Counted from the first letter of the stretch, positions 21,726 through 31,910 are shown. The stretch: DNA of 64,000 nucleotides from an uncultured Planctomycetota bacterium (GCA_963841915.1 CAWJEN010000006.1:1344001-1408000), one strand, 5' to 3'. Numbers and translations are program-made. The notes: generated from the sequence alone by a model not told the origin.

Positions 21726-22604
21726 TCAACCGGACATGGCAAAGCTGCCCATGAGGCTGGCGACGATGAGGTGCCAGCCGTCGACGAGTACGAACAGCAG
21801 CAACTTGAACGGCAGCGAGATCAGCACCGGTGGCAGCATCATCATGCCCATGCTGATGAGCACGGCAGAGATGATCATGTCGATCACCAGGAACGGCAGA
21901 TAGACCTTGAAGCCCATCAAAAAGCCGACCTTGAGCTCGCTGAGTGCAAAGGCAGGCACGAGCGTGGCCGTCGGGACGTCGCCCCAGGTTCTGGGCGGTT
22001 CGTCACCGGCGAACTGCTGAAACGTCATGACCGTCGCGTCGTTGCCGGCGGCTTCGATCTGAGCGATCATGAACTCGCGAACAGGCGCCGTCCCGCGATC
22101 CCAGGCTTCGCTTTGCGTGAGCTGGCCGTCGAGGTACGGCTGCACGCTCTCGCCCTGCACGCGGGCGATCGTCGGTGACATCACGCACAGCGTCATAATG
22201 AGGGCCAGTCCCGTCATCACCTGGTTCGGCGGCAAGGTCGGTGTGCCCATGGCCTGGCGGAGCAGGCTGAGGACAATGATGATGCGTGTGAAGCTCGTGC
22301 ACAAAACGAGCAACGCCGGCGCGAGCGACAGCACTGTCAGCAGCACGACGATCTGAAGCGCGGGCGCGAGATTCTCGCGATCCGTCAGGTCCGGCAGCCG
22401 CAGCGTCGGGTCGGCCGACGACGTCGCACCGCCCAGCGGTTCACGCTGACCGGCGGCAAAGGCAGGGTCCGACGCAACCGCACTCGACCAGTCGTCGCTC
22501 GTCATCGGTGACGGCGGCGCAAGATCGTCCGTCGGTTCCTGCTGCGCATGGGCTGGCCATGCGAAGATGCAAAGCGTCAGCAGTGTCAGGAGACATAACT
22601 TCAC
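21726..22604 (-). CDS. fliP: Flagellar export protein FliP
   Basis: TSFTRIIIVLSLLRQAMG, PPNQV and MGMMMLPPVLISLPFKLLLFVLVDGW motifs. Confidence 0.97.
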   Translation of the reverse strand: MKLCLLTLLTLCIFAWPAHAQQEPTDDLAPPSPMTSDDWSSAVASDPAFAAGQREPLGGATSSADPTLRLPDLTDRENLAPALQIVVLLTVLSLAPALLVLCTSFTRIIIVLSLLRQAMGTPTLPPNQVMTGLALIMTLCVMSPTIARVQGESVQPYLDGQLTQSEAWDRGTAPVREFMIAQIEAAGNDATVMTFQQFAGDEPPRTWGDVPTATLVPAFALSELKVGFLMGFKVYLPFLVIDMIISAVLISMGMMMLPPVLISLPFKLLLFVLVDGWHLIVASLMGSFAMSG

Positions 22605-23260
22605 GCACGGCCCCCTTCCGGCTCGGCGGCGTGTTGGACGGTAAGGCCCTTGACCCGCGCGATGAGCGAACGGACGTCTTCGCCGACAAGTTGCTCGACG
22701 TTCGACTCCGACTCGATCGGATGTTCGTAGAGCGTGTCGTCAAGTGTCGCCTCGTCGAGCGTGGCAGCAAACGCGTCGGCCTTAATCGAATCGAACTCGG
22801 CAGAGGCTTTGCCGCAGGTGGCGAGCACGGAGGCGACTTCTTCGGGGTCGCTGATTTCGCAGAGCGGCTGCATGCCGTGGCCGGCATCGCCGACGACGAC
22901 GAGGCGGTGACCGACTTTTAGGACCATGACTTGGTGGCGTGGCGTGATGACGGTCCGGCCGATGAGTGAGACTGCCGCCGCCCCGGCGGCCTTTCCGGCG
23001 GTTTGGGAGACCTTCTTCCACGCGATGCCGAGGCCGACGATCAGCGCAGCGACGAGGGTCAGCGACGCCAGCACACGGGTGACGCTGGGCCCTGTGACTG
23101 GCGCGGCGTCGGTGGTGGCGGTCGCCTCTTGCGACGTGGTCGGATCGGGCAGGTTGATCGGCCGGTCATCGAACGCGTCACCCAGAGCGGGTGATACGAG
23201 CAGGAACAGTCCGATGAGCCAACATGCCGACGCCGCCAAGCGGGTTCGGCGGTGGCTCAC
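22601..23260 (-). CDS. fliO: Flagellar protein FliO/FliZ
   Basis: Signal peptide and TM segment, then IGRTVITPRHQVMVLKVGHRLVVVG; lies between fliN and fliP. Confidence 0.85.
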   Translation of the reverse strand: MSHRRTRLAASACWLIGLFLLVSPALGDAFDDRPINLPDPTTSQEATATTDAAPVTGPSVTRVLASLTLVAALIVGLGIAWKKVSQTAGKAAGAAAVSLIGRTVITPRHQVMVLKVGHRLVVVGDAGHGMQPLCEISDPEEVASVLATCGKASAEFDSIKADAFAATLDEATLDDTLYEHPIESESNVEQLVGEDVRSLIARVKGLTVQHAAEPEGGRA

Positions 23261-23772
23261 AGATCGTCCTCCCTGGCCGTTTCGATGATGTCATTAACGC
23301 GAACGCAGAAGTTGTCGTTGAGCACGAGCACTTCGCCGCGGGCGACAAGGCGTTCGTTCACGTAGACATCGACCGGGTCACCGGCGAGCTTGTCGAGCTC
23401 GACGACGCTGCCTTCGACGAGCTTGAGCACGTCTTCGACGAGCATGCGACAGCGGCCCAGCTCGATCTTGACGTCGAGGTTGACGTCGCGGAGCAGGTCG
23501 ATGCCGCTGACTTGCGCTTCCTGGAGCACCTTGTCGAACTGCGGCAGGTCGAATCCACCGCCCGCGGGGGGTGCGGGCGCGGCAGCTGGGGCGGCTGGTG
23601 CCGGCGCGACGGCGGTGGTCGCCGGTGCGGGTGCTTGGGAGGCGGCCACAGGGTCTTCGAAGCTCGCGCCACTCAAGAGCGCGTCGAGTTCGTCGATCGC
23701 CTGTTCCACATCGTCGGCGGCGTTGTCGCCTTCCGTATCGATTGCCGCTTCCTGGAGATCTTCGTCGGACAT
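23257..23772 (-). CDS. fliN: Flagellar motor switch protein FliN
   Basis: LLRDVNLDVKIELGR...LDKLAGDPVDVYVNERLVARGEV (SpoA domain). Start at ATG 23772 with AGGAAGG RBS. Confidence 0.95.
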   Translation of the reverse strand: MSDEDLQEAAIDTEGDNAADDVEQAIDELDALLSGASFEDPVAASQAPAPATTAVAPAPAAPAAAPAPPAGGGFDLPQFDKVLQEAQVSGIDLLRDVNLDVKIELGRCRMLVEDVLKLVEGSVVELDKLAGDPVDVYVNERLVARGEVLVLNDNFCVRVNDIIETAREDDL

Positions 23773-23877
23773 GTCGGCCTTCCTGGCCTGCGTGTGACTT
23801 GGCACGTGCGCTCTAAACGCACGTCACCCGCCGACATCCGTGCCGGCGGGCGACCTGAGTTCTGCATTGGCTTCGGG

Positions 23878-24501
23878 TCAGTAACTCGTGCGATACGGAA
23901 TGCACCGCGGCACGAGCACTTCCTCGATCAGGCCTTCGCCGACGATCAGGTCGAGCTGATAGCGTACCTGACGACGAAGCGTTTCCAAGCCCGGTTCGGT
24001 CGTGCCGTTCAATTTTTGTGGATCGATGCTCCGAATGATCCGCGTCATCCGGTCGCGAACGAGCCCCGTGCTGGCCTCCAGCTTGGCCTTGACCTCGTCG
24101 GCGTGCTTGCTCGGCACCTGCACCGAAATGTCGACGTCGTACAGATAAGTGCGACCGTCAAGCTGGTTCTGAGCCCGGAACGAGTCGACGGGCACCTCGA
24201 CGAGTGCCGGCCCATGCGACTTGATTTCGAGCGGAATCGGCTCGCCGTGGTCGTCGAGCACGGGCTCGCCGTGGTCGTCGAGTTGGTAGAGGATCTCGGC
24301 CTCGTCGCCGTGTGCGTCGGCTTCTGCCGGGCCACCGCTGAGTAGGTTGACGACGACGAGCAGCACGACGGCCTCGACCGTCATGACACCGCCGATGAGC
24401 ACCGGAAGCTTCGAGAGCATGCCCTTGATGCCGCCGCCCTTCTTGGCGTCCTTGCCTCCTGCGCTTGCGTCCGAGCTTTTGTCTGCCTTGTCTTCGGCCA
24501 T
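23878..24501 (-). CDS. fliL: Flagellar basal body-associated protein FliL
   Basis: Single TM segment, then VRDRM...EPGLETLRRQ...IEEVLVP; position before fliN. Confidence 0.8.
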   Translation of the reverse strand: MAEDKADKSSDASAGGKDAKKGGGIKGMLSKLPVLIGGVMTVEAVVLLVVVNLLSGGPAEADAHGDEAEILYQLDDHGEPVLDDHGEPIPLEIKSHGPALVEVPVDSFRAQNQLDGRTYLYDVDISVQVPSKHADEVKAKLEASTGLVRDRMTRIIRSIDPQKLNGTTEPGLETLRRQVRYQLDLIVGEGLIEEVLVPRCIPYRTSY

Positions 24502-24560
24502 GGCCTGTCCTTGGTACGTGTCCCCACTGCGACCCGCATCCGTTGCGGGTTACGCCCTGT

Positions 24561-24588
24561 GCATCGGCCCGTCTGGCCTGCCACTTAA
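24561..24588 (-). promoter_or_regulatory. Putative sigma28 promoter upstream of fliL
   Basis: Minus strand TTAAG-N15-GCCGATGC, overlapping the flbD stop codon. Confidence 0.55.
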
Positions 24589-24779
24589 TCTGTCAGCGGG
24601 CGACGGCATCGCCGGGCGTGGTCGATGCTTTGACGCACCACGTCGGCCACCGTCTCTTTGACGATCACCCGCTCGCCACCCTCGATGCCGACCATCGTGT
24701 CAGGCGTCTCTTCGATCGTGCGGATCTTGTCAGCGTTGAGGATAAATCGCTGGCCGTTGAGTCGTGTCAGTGCGATCAT
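24585..24779 (-). CDS. flbD: Flagellar FlbD family protein
   Basis: MIALTRLNGQRFILNADKIRTIEETPDT is the FlbD/SwrD signature. Start reassigned to 24779. Confidence 0.92.
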   Translation of the reverse strand: MIALTRLNGQRFILNADKIRTIEETPDTMVGIEGGERVIVKETVADVVRQSIDHARRCRRPLTD

Positions 24780-24794
24780 GAGGCAGGGAGAGAG

Positions 24795-24885
24795 GAGATG
24801 AGTAACGAGAGATGAGTAACGAGGGGCGGAGGGAACTACGAGACTCAGCCTCACCGGCCTCTCGTTACTCATCTCTCGTCTCTCG
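24795..24885. repeat. Heptamer-built inverted repeat element, copy 1
   Basis: (GAGATGAGTAACGA)x2 followed by inverted CTCTCGTTACTCATCTCTCGTCTCTCG. Confidence 0.8.
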
Positions 24886-24896
24886 TTCCTGCCGCG

Positions 24897-26615
24897 TTAG
24901 CGGCTTGTATTCAGCAATTCGGTCATGAGTTCATCGCTCGTCGAGATGACGCGGCTGGCGGCGCTGAAGCCGGTGGAGGCGATGATGAGGTTGATGAACT
25001 CGTTGCTGAGGTCGACGTTGCTCAGCTCCAGGGCACCGCTGCGGATGCCACCGGCAAGACCCTCCAGTGGCGAGCCGACGCGGGGTTCGCCCGAGTTGGA
25101 GCCGACGCCGTACAGGTTCGAGCCGTTATCCTGTAAGCCTTGTGGGTTGTCGAACGAAGCCATGGCAACTTGTCCGAGTCGACCGGTCAGGCCGTTGTCG
25201 AAGGTGCCGGTGATGGAGCCGTCCTGACCGATGCCGAAGCCGACGAGCGTGCCGATCTTCGTACCGTCCTGCTGGGCGAAGAACTCGCTGTCGGTGCTGG
25301 CAAGGCTGGTGACCTTCTCAAAGTCGAGGGCGATGTCGACGTTGGGCTCGGCACCGGTGCCGGTCCGGTTGACGGTGAGGGTCCCGTTGTTGGCGATGAT
25401 GAGGCGACCGTTCGTGTCAAATTCGACGGTACCGGTGCCGACGATTTGGCCCGCACTGCCGGGCGTGAATTGGGCGTAGTCGGTGTCGTCGGCGCTGGTG
25501 GCGATAAACCGCCAGTTCGTGCCGGCGTCGCTCTTGGACTCGAGATTCATCGTGACGTCGACCCGCATCGGGACGCCCAGCGAGTCGTAGGCGAGCATCG
25601 ACGTGTGGATCGTCTCACCGGTCGGATCATCCGCCACGCCACCAGCGGTCGTGCCGGCACTGAAGTTGAAGAGCGGCACGCCGTTGACGGTGAGGTCGCT
25701 GCCTTCGATGCTGACGGCGTTGCCTGCGCCGGTGTTGCCGACGACGACGAGTTGGCTGCCGGTGGTCGGGCCAGCCTTGAGCTGGCCGCCGCTGATGGCA
25801 CCGCTGGGCTGGGCAAGGCCACCGGCCACGCCAAGGCCCTGGGTCATGAAGTCGTTGAGGTCTGCGATGGTGGTCGCGGCGGTGACTTCGAGGGAGCTGG
25901 CCGTCTGCCGCCTGCCGCCGCGTGAACCTTCGAGCTCGATCACGTCACCGACGGCGAACATGGGCACAGCCGCGGCGTCGGTCACAGCCGTCAGCTGCGT
26001 CGCCGGTGTGACTGGGCCGCCACCGGAGAACAGCTCGGCAGAGGAGTTGATGACACTGGCCCCGCTGGCGATGTCACCGCCGGCGTTGAGGTTACCGCTC
26101 ATGAACGCGTTGCGGGTCGCCTCTGCCTTGGTGAGTCCGCCGATCGGGATGACGACGTCCTGAAGCTGTCCTGCGATGACGTTTTCTTCTTCGTCGACGC
26201 CGAAGCCCTGGACGTAGTTGCCGTCGCTGGTGACGAGCGCGTTTCGCGAGTCGAGGCTGAACGAGCCGTCGCGGGTGTACATCTGCTCCTGGCCGCGGAC
26301 GATGAAGAAGCCTTCACCGTCGACGGCAAGGTCGGTGGGTCGGCCGGTGGGCTCAATGGAGCCGGCGGACCAGTCTTTTTCGATGGATCCGACGGCAGCA
26401 CCGAGGCCGCGCTGGTCGGGGTTGCTGCCGCCCGCTTCGCCGCTCGGCGGACTGCCGCCGGAGTCGGTCACGTAAAACTGCGGCTTGAACAGCGCTCGGC
26501 TGCCCTTGAAGCCGACGGTGTTGACGTTGGCGATGTTGTTACCGACGACGTTGAGGCGCGTCTGGTTGACGTCGAGCCCGCTGAGGCCGGTGAAGAGCGT
26601 GGAGGTCAGTGCCAT
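24897..26615 (-). CDS. flgE: Flagellar hook protein FlgE
   Basis: LFTGLSGL...GNNIANVNTVGFKGSR, TDLAVDGEGFF, YTRDGSF and LELSNVDLSNEF motifs. Confidence 0.97.
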   Translation of the reverse strand: MALTSTLFTGLSGLDVNQTRLNVVGNNIANVNTVGFKGSRALFKPQFYVTDSGGSPPSGEAGGSNPDQRGLGAAVGSIEKDWSAGSIEPTGRPTDLAVDGEGFFIVRGQEQMYTRDGSFSLDSRNALVTSDGNYVQGFGVDEEENVIAGQLQDVVIPIGGLTKAEATRNAFMSGNLNAGGDIASGASVINSSAELFSGGGPVTPATQLTAVTDAAAVPMFAVGDVIELEGSRGGRRQTASSLEVTAATTIADLNDFMTQGLGVAGGLAQPSGAISGGQLKAGPTTGSQLVVVGNTGAGNAVSIEGSDLTVNGVPLFNFSAGTTAGGVADDPTGETIHTSMLAYDSLGVPMRVDVTMNLESKSDAGTNWRFIATSADDTDYAQFTPGSAGQIVGTGTVEFDTNGRLIIANNGTLTVNRTGTGAEPNVDIALDFEKVTSLASTDSEFFAQQDGTKIGTLVGFGIGQDGSITGTFDNGLTGRLGQVAMASFDNPQGLQDNGSNLYGVGSNSGEPRVGSPLEGLAGGIRSGALELSNVDLSNEFINLIIASTGFSAASRVISTSDELMTELLNTSR

Positions 26616-26669
26616 AAGATGCTGTTTCGGGAGGGTGCGCGATGCTTCAGAGGGACGACGAGTTGTCGC

Positions 26670-27092
26670 TCAGGCGGGGTCTTTGATCTGCGTGACATTG
26701 GTCAGATCGACGCGGTGACCGGTATCGAGCTCGAGCTTGACGTCGTCGCCCTCGACCTGGATGGAGGTGACGGTGCCGGTGAGGTCCGCCGTCTCGCCGC
26801 CGAAGGTGCCAAGGGCGGTCACCTCTTTACCGATGAGGTTGCCGGCCGCTCCGAGGTTGTTCTGCAGGACCATCGTCGTCAGCGACTTCTGGAGCTGCGT
26901 CGAGCTTTCGAGCTGACCGATCTGACTCATCTGGCTGAGCAGTTGCTCGTTCTTGGCCGGCTCCATCGGGTCCTGGTTCTGCAACTGCGTGACCATGAGG
27001 TTGATGAAGTCCCCGGTGTCGAGCTTGAAGTTCGATGTCGGGGCCGAGGCCGGCGTGGCGGCGGAACCTGCTGCGCTGGTGGGCGAGATCAT
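26670..27092 (-). CDS. flgD: Flagellar hook capping protein FlgD
   Basis: DFINLMVTQLQNQDPMEP motif. Confidence 0.95.
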   Translation of the reverse strand: MISPTSAAGSAATPASAPTSNFKLDTGDFINLMVTQLQNQDPMEPAKNEQLLSQMSQIGQLESSTQLQKSLTTMVLQNNLGAAGNLIGKEVTALGTFGGETADLTGTVTSIQVEGDDVKLELDTGHRVDLTNVTQIKDPA

Positions 27093-27187
27093 GTCCGTCT
27101 TATCGGTCGCGACTCGCCGAGTTGTCCAATAAAGCAGCGGTTTCTTCCTCGTTCCCGCACGAACGCGACCTCGGGCACGCGCGCACG

Positions 27188-27216
27188 AAAACGCTGTCGC
27201 ACGCCGTGCGACAGCG
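27188..27216 (-). terminator. Putative intrinsic terminator after fliK
   Basis: 11-bp stem CGCTGTCGCAC/GTGCGACAGCG followed by TTTT on the minus strand. Confidence 0.55.
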
Positions 27217-27240
27217 ACCTTTGTGGCTCGTGCTGAAGGC

Positions 27241-28524
27241 CTAGGCGGCTTGACGCCACTGCCTCAGAATCGCTTCTCGTCGGGCCTGGTCTCGTTGCTG
27301 CTGGTCGGCTTGTTCGCGTCCGCCTGAGCGTCCGTCGTTCTGGCCACCGGGCTGGTCGCCGCCGCGGGCGTCGGTAGGTGCTTCGGCAGCGCCGGCCGGT
27401 GCCATGCGCGTGACGTTGATGCGGTCGACGGTGATCCCGCTGCGTTCGAGACCGGCCTTGAGCTGATCGAGGCTGCCGCGGACGAGAGAGTGGGCGACGT
27501 CGCTGCTGGTGCCGATGGAGGCGTTCGTCTCGCCTCCGCTCATGCGCACCTGAATGCGGACGCTGCCCAGCGACGGCGGGTCCAGGCGGACGGTGACAGT
27601 CTGGCCGTTGGACGATTGGCTGGTCATGACGCCGCGCTTGACGCTGGCGGCATTGAGGTCGCCCATCGCCCCGCCGTCGTCGGAGGGCGGTGTGGGCATG
27701 GCAGAGGTGGCGAGTTTCGACACGACCGGGGCAGCCTGCGTTTCGCTCGACTGGACCGAGGCGACTGTGCTCAGCGTCGGTGCGTCGACATTGCCAGGGG
27801 CTTTGACCGGATCAAGCTTGACCGTTGCCGGCTGCATCGCAGCGACTTCAGTCGTCTGCTGCGGCGTGGTCGGCGTGGCGGCACGCGTCGTCGCCGGCTG
27901 GTTGGCGGTGAGCGTTGACGGACCTTGTGCAACGTTGTCGACGGTCGCAGCGGGAATAGCTTGGCCGGCCTCGACCGGTGCAGCGGTCGGTGCGGCGACG
28001 GACGTCGGCGTCATAGCGGCGGGAGCGTCGCCGGCTGGCGCGACGGGTGCCGCTGGCGCGGGATCGGCCGTCATCGGCTGCATGGCAGCGAGTGGACCGG
28101 CTGGCGTCTCGACCGGTGCAGCCGTCGGTGTGACCGGTAGAGGATGGTCGGCCGATAGGGCGACAGCGGACGGCAAAGCTTCGGGCGTGACAGGCGTCAG
28201 TGATTGCGGCACATTTGCCTGCGGATCGAGCGTCATCACCACCGGCTGCGGCGTGAGCCCTGTCGCGTCGACCGGCTTGACCGTCGCGGCAGTGTCTTTG
28301 CCAGCTTCGGCGTCGGCTTCGACGGCAGGCTTGGCATGCGGCGATCGTTCGTCACGAGCTTCGGCTGCCTGGTCCTCATGCTTCGGCGTCGACTGCTGAC
28401 GCAGCGTGTCGTTGAACTTCGGCCGATCGTCGGCCGTGTGCGATGGTTTGACGGCGGGCTTGGCCGTCGGTGTGGCGAGCGGCGTCGACGAGCTGCGGTG
28501 ATTCAGCAGGAACGAGGAATGCAT
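27241..28524 (-). CDS. fliK: Flagellar hook-length control protein FliK
   Basis: Long Pro/Ala/Thr-rich region, then the T3S4 domain VRLDPPSLGSVRI...LDQLKAGLERSGI. Confidence 0.9.
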   Translation of the reverse strand: MHSSFLLNHRSSSTPLATPTAKPAVKPSHTADDRPKFNDTLRQQSTPKHEDQAAEARDERSPHAKPAVEADAEAGKDTAATVKPVDATGLTPQPVVMTLDPQANVPQSLTPVTPEALPSAVALSADHPLPVTPTAAPVETPAGPLAAMQPMTADPAPAAPVAPAGDAPAAMTPTSVAAPTAAPVEAGQAIPAATVDNVAQGPSTLTANQPATTRAATPTTPQQTTEVAAMQPATVKLDPVKAPGNVDAPTLSTVASVQSSETQAAPVVSKLATSAMPTPPSDDGGAMGDLNAASVKRGVMTSQSSNGQTVTVRLDPPSLGSVRIQVRMSGGETNASIGTSSDVAHSLVRGSLDQLKAGLERSGITVDRINVTRMAPAGAAEAPTDARGGDQPGGQNDGRSGGREQADQQQRDQARREAILRQWRQAA

Positions 28525-28557
28525 GGTGTGGGTTTCGTAAAAGTTCCGCAGAATCGT

Positions 28558-29277
28558 CTAGTTCAGCTCGCCCGCGTCGCTGCTGGCCGGCTCGGCAAAG
28601 GGGTCGGCGGCGGCAAGATCGCCCGTCCGCATCATCTCCAACAGCCGCCGGACGCGTTCGGTCTCGGGACCGGCCTCAAACTCCTTGAGCACCTTGGATG
28701 CCTTACGCGGGTCCATGGCTCGCAGGAATTGCAAGGCAACTTCGTCATCAAGACCCTCAAACACGTCCTTGACCTGCCGGGCCGCCATTGCTTCGTAAAG
28801 CGTCAGGGTTTCAGCAAAACCGGCGTCTTCGGCACGATCGGCGGCGGCGGCAACGCGACGCTGCCAGTCGGCAACCGTCTCGGCGTGTGCCTTCCGCTCG
28901 GCGGCCAACGCGCCCGACGCCCGGGCCAGTTGAGCCAGTCGGTCTTCCAGCGTCCGCTTCTCACGCATCACCGACGCCAGCCGAGCATCCATCTCTCGCG
29001 AGACCGAGTCGACCCGCTCGTCGGCAGGTTTGCCCGACTGGGCGTCGAGCAACGCGTAGAGCGACTCCATGGCCGTCGGCTTGGGCGGTGTGTCGTCGAC
29101 GATCTCGAGCGGCTCTGGCTCGGCCGGCGGTGGAAACAGAACGTCCTTCACTTCTGTCAGCTTTTCACGGCTGAGATCAACTTTGGTCGCCAGCATTGCG
29201 GTTGCGACGACCAAGCCGACGAAGTTGATCGACGCGGTCACGACGAGCGCCAGGAGTAGCTTCTTGAGCAGGTTCAT
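28558..29277 (-). CDS. MotE/YlxF(FlbB)-like flagellar protein
   Basis: N-terminal TM, coiled coil and YEAMAARQVK...LRAMDPRKASKVL (MgtE-N-like repeats); lies between fliJ and fliK. Confidence 0.7.
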   Translation of the reverse strand: MNLLKKLLLALVVTASINFVGLVVATAMLATKVDLSREKLTEVKDVLFPPPAEPEPLEIVDDTPPKPTAMESLYALLDAQSGKPADERVDSVSREMDARLASVMREKRTLEDRLAQLARASGALAAERKAHAETVADWQRRVAAAADRAEDAGFAETLTLYEAMAARQVKDVFEGLDDEVALQFLRAMDPRKASKVLKEFEAGPETERVRRLLEMMRTGDLAAADPFAEPASSDAGELN

Positions 29278-29771
29278 GCGTCACCGCCTTCGGTCGAGGC
29301 GTAGGTCATGGCCTCGTCTTCGCTTGCGTGGATGCCGGCGAGCCAGCGGCTTGAAGCGTCGTCGGCTTCGGCGAGCTCCTTGCGTTCAACGCCTTCACGC
29401 CACTGCCGTTCTTGCGTCTCGCGAAGTCGCTCGATTGCGCGGCGGCGTTGGGTGCGGAGTGCCAGTCCGCGTCGCGCTTCTTCGACGGCGCGGTCGGCCA
29501 ATGTGATCTTGGCCAGCACGTCACGGCCGCGTCGGCTGACGTCGATCGTGAACCGCCGATGGGCCGACAGGTAGTTGGGGTCGAGCCTTCCCGTCAGGTG
29601 GCTGCTCCGCAGATCAAACTGCGACTTGACGAGGCTCTGGTTGAGATCGATGAGCTCCTGGCGGAGCTTGTTGCCGTCGCGTTGCTTCTCGGCCATAACG
29701 CGTCGTGCCGCCAGCTCTTCGCGCTCGCGCTGGGCGAGAACGCTTTGAAGTTTGAAGACGAAGCGGGCCAT
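29274..29771 (-). CDS. fliJ: Flagellar export protein FliJ
   Basis: MARFVFKLQSVL N-terminus, coiled coil, follows fliI. Confidence 0.9.
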   Translation of the reverse strand: MARFVFKLQSVLAQREREELAARRVMAEKQRDGNKLRQELIDLNQSLVKSQFDLRSSHLTGRLDPNYLSAHRRFTIDVSRRGRDVLAKITLADRAVEEARRGLALRTQRRRAIERLRETQERQWREGVERKELAEADDASSRWLAGIHASEDEAMTYASTEGGDA

Positions 29772-29787
29772 GACGAAGAAGCGAGAA

Positions 29788-31200
29788 TCAGGAGGCGTTT
29801 GTCTGTGCGGCGGCGATCAGGACGCGTTGCAGGTCGAAGAGTTGCTTGCGGGCAGAGGCGAGATTCGTCGGCGAATCAGGTGATTGTTTCAGGAATGACA
29901 AGACCTGGTGCCGCGTGTTGACAGCGACATCGGCCGCCCTGTTGGCGCCGGGGACGTACGCCCCGACGTTCACGAGGTCTTCGACCTCGCCGTAGTCGGC
30001 CACGACCTTTTGGATCAGGCGGGCAGCCTCTACCTGAGGTTTATCGGACACGTCGCCCCGCACGCGTGAGACGCTTCGCAGAACGTCGATCGCCGGGAAG
30101 TGACCCTTTTCGGCAAGGTGCCGGTCGAGCCAGATGTGGCCGTCGGTGATGCCTTTGACTGCGTCGGGGATGGGCTCGGAGAAGTCGTCGCCTTCGACAA
30201 GAACTGTGTAGAAACCGGTGATGGACCCGTCGCTCGTGCTGCCGGCGCGCTCGAGCAGGTCAGGCAACATGGCAAACACGCTCGGGGGAAAGCCCTTGGT
30301 CGCCGGTGGTTCGCGGGCGGCCAGGCCGATCTGACGTTGGGCCTGGCACAGGCGTGTCAGCGAGTCCATCAGAAGCAACACGTCTTGCCCTTTGTCGCGA
30401 AAGTGTTCGGCCACACAGCAGGCAGCCTTGGCGGCACGCACCTTCATCAGAGGCGGCTCATCGGCGGTGCAGACGACAACAACGCACCGTTCGAGCCCGC
30501 CTTCACCGAGGCCGACTTCAAGAAACTCACGAACCTCCCGGCCACGCTCGCCGATGAGGGCGATGACGCTGACGTCGGCGCTGGTGTGCCTGCTGACCCA
30601 GCTCATGAGGGTGCTCTTACCGACGCCTGGACCGGCAAACAGGCCCATGCGCTGGCCGTTGCCGCAGGTAAGCAACGCGTCGATCGCGCGGACGCCCGTG
30701 GTGATCGGCTCACGGACCAGCGACCGGCTCATGGGCGGAATGGGCGGTGCGTCGAGCGGGCGGATGTCGGCGACGCGTGTCGAGCCGAGCGGTCCTTTGC
30801 CGTCGATAGGCTGGCCGAAGCCGTTGATCACGCGCCCAAGCAGGCCGTCACCGCAGCGAACTCGCGGCGCGGCCGGGTCACCGACGACCGGGTCACCTAC
30901 GGAGACACCTTGAATGTCACCCAGCGGCATGAGGACGGTGCGGTTGACGCCCGATGGGTCGCGGCCGAAGCCGACCACTTGGGCGCGGCACGGTGCGTCA
31001 CCCGTGCCGGTATAGCCGTCGCTCATGCGTTCGATCCGGCAGGTCGTGCCGAGCGGAAGCGGCAGGTCAGTCGCCTCGAGCGTGAGTCCGCTGACGGCGG
31101 CGATCTGGCCGACGACACGCAACGGCATCGTGCTGGCGACGCTGCGCAAGTGCGACGGCAGCGACGAGCGGGCGGACGTGCGTTTGGCGACGGCGACCAT
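29788..31200 (-). CDS. fliI: Flagellar export ATPase FliI
   Basis: GQRMGLFAGPGVGKSTL, LIGERGREVREF, MDSLTR and DGHIWLDR motifs. Confidence 0.97.
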   Translation of the reverse strand: MVAVAKRTSARSSLPSHLRSVASTMPLRVVGQIAAVSGLTLEATDLPLPLGTTCRIERMSDGYTGTGDAPCRAQVVGFGRDPSGVNRTVLMPLGDIQGVSVGDPVVGDPAAPRVRCGDGLLGRVINGFGQPIDGKGPLGSTRVADIRPLDAPPIPPMSRSLVREPITTGVRAIDALLTCGNGQRMGLFAGPGVGKSTLMSWVSRHTSADVSVIALIGERGREVREFLEVGLGEGGLERCVVVVCTADEPPLMKVRAAKAACCVAEHFRDKGQDVLLLMDSLTRLCQAQRQIGLAAREPPATKGFPPSVFAMLPDLLERAGSTSDGSITGFYTVLVEGDDFSEPIPDAVKGITDGHIWLDRHLAEKGHFPAIDVLRSVSRVRGDVSDKPQVEAARLIQKVVADYGEVEDLVNVGAYVPGANRAADVAVNTRHQVLSFLKQSPDSPTNLASARKQLFDLQRVLIAAAQTNAS

Positions 31201-31201
31201 G

Positions 31202-31900
31202 TCAATCCTCCGGAATCAGGTCGGCGGCGATCCGGTCGAGCTGCGTCTGCAGGTCGGCATCAATGAGCCCGCCTTCGGTGTACACCCGGCAGCCGCCACG
31301 GGTGACATTCGAGTCTTCAACGAGCTCGATGTGCGTCAGGGCCGGCCACTTGTGGTTGAGTTGCGGGAGCAGTGACTTGACGAGATTGAAGTCGGCCGGG
31401 TTGACGTTGAGCTTCACGTCGTGCGCGCGCATGACAAGGCGAAGCGCAGCCGTCGCGTTGGCGACGCAGACGTTGGGGTCGAAGCTGCCGGCACGCTTGA
31501 CGATTCGCTCGGCAATGGCAACGGCCAAGTGTGGGACCTCACCACCGGCGCGAGCGGCAAGCGCTTCGCGATCAGCATTGAACGTGCGCAGCGTTGCGTC
31601 GAGCTGCGTCGCCAGATCCGTCACCTTCTCCTGTGATTCGGCGTAGGCCTTGTCGCGGCCCTCGATCATGCCGGCAGCGTGACCCTCGGCGTGACCGGCT
31701 TGCGTGCCCTCGGCATAGCCCAGCTCGTAACCCTCGCGACGTGTGTCGGCAGCTTCTGTTCGAGCACGCTCGACGATGGCCGTCGCCCGGGCCTTGGCAC
31801 CCTCCAGCAGCGAAGCCGCCTCCACCTCGATGTCGGTCATCGAAAACGACCGCAGCGGGCGAATCTCCTTGGCGGCGGCGGTGGACTTCAGGACGGGCAT
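31202..31900 (-). CDS. fliH: Flagellar assembly protein FliH
   Basis: GxxxG repeats (EGYELGYAEG...), NVNPAD and GGCRVYTEGGLIDA motifs. Confidence 0.93.
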   Translation of the reverse strand: MPVLKSTAAAKEIRPLRSFSMTDIEVEAASLLEGAKARATAIVERARTEAADTRREGYELGYAEGTQAGHAEGHAAGMIEGRDKAYAESQEKVTDLATQLDATLRTFNADREALAARAGGEVPHLAVAIAERIVKRAGSFDPNVCVANATAALRLVMRAHDVKLNVNPADFNLVKSLLPQLNHKWPALTHIELVEDSNVTRGGCRVYTEGGLIDADLQTQLDRIAADLIPED

Positions 31901-31910
31901 GGCGATCAAA

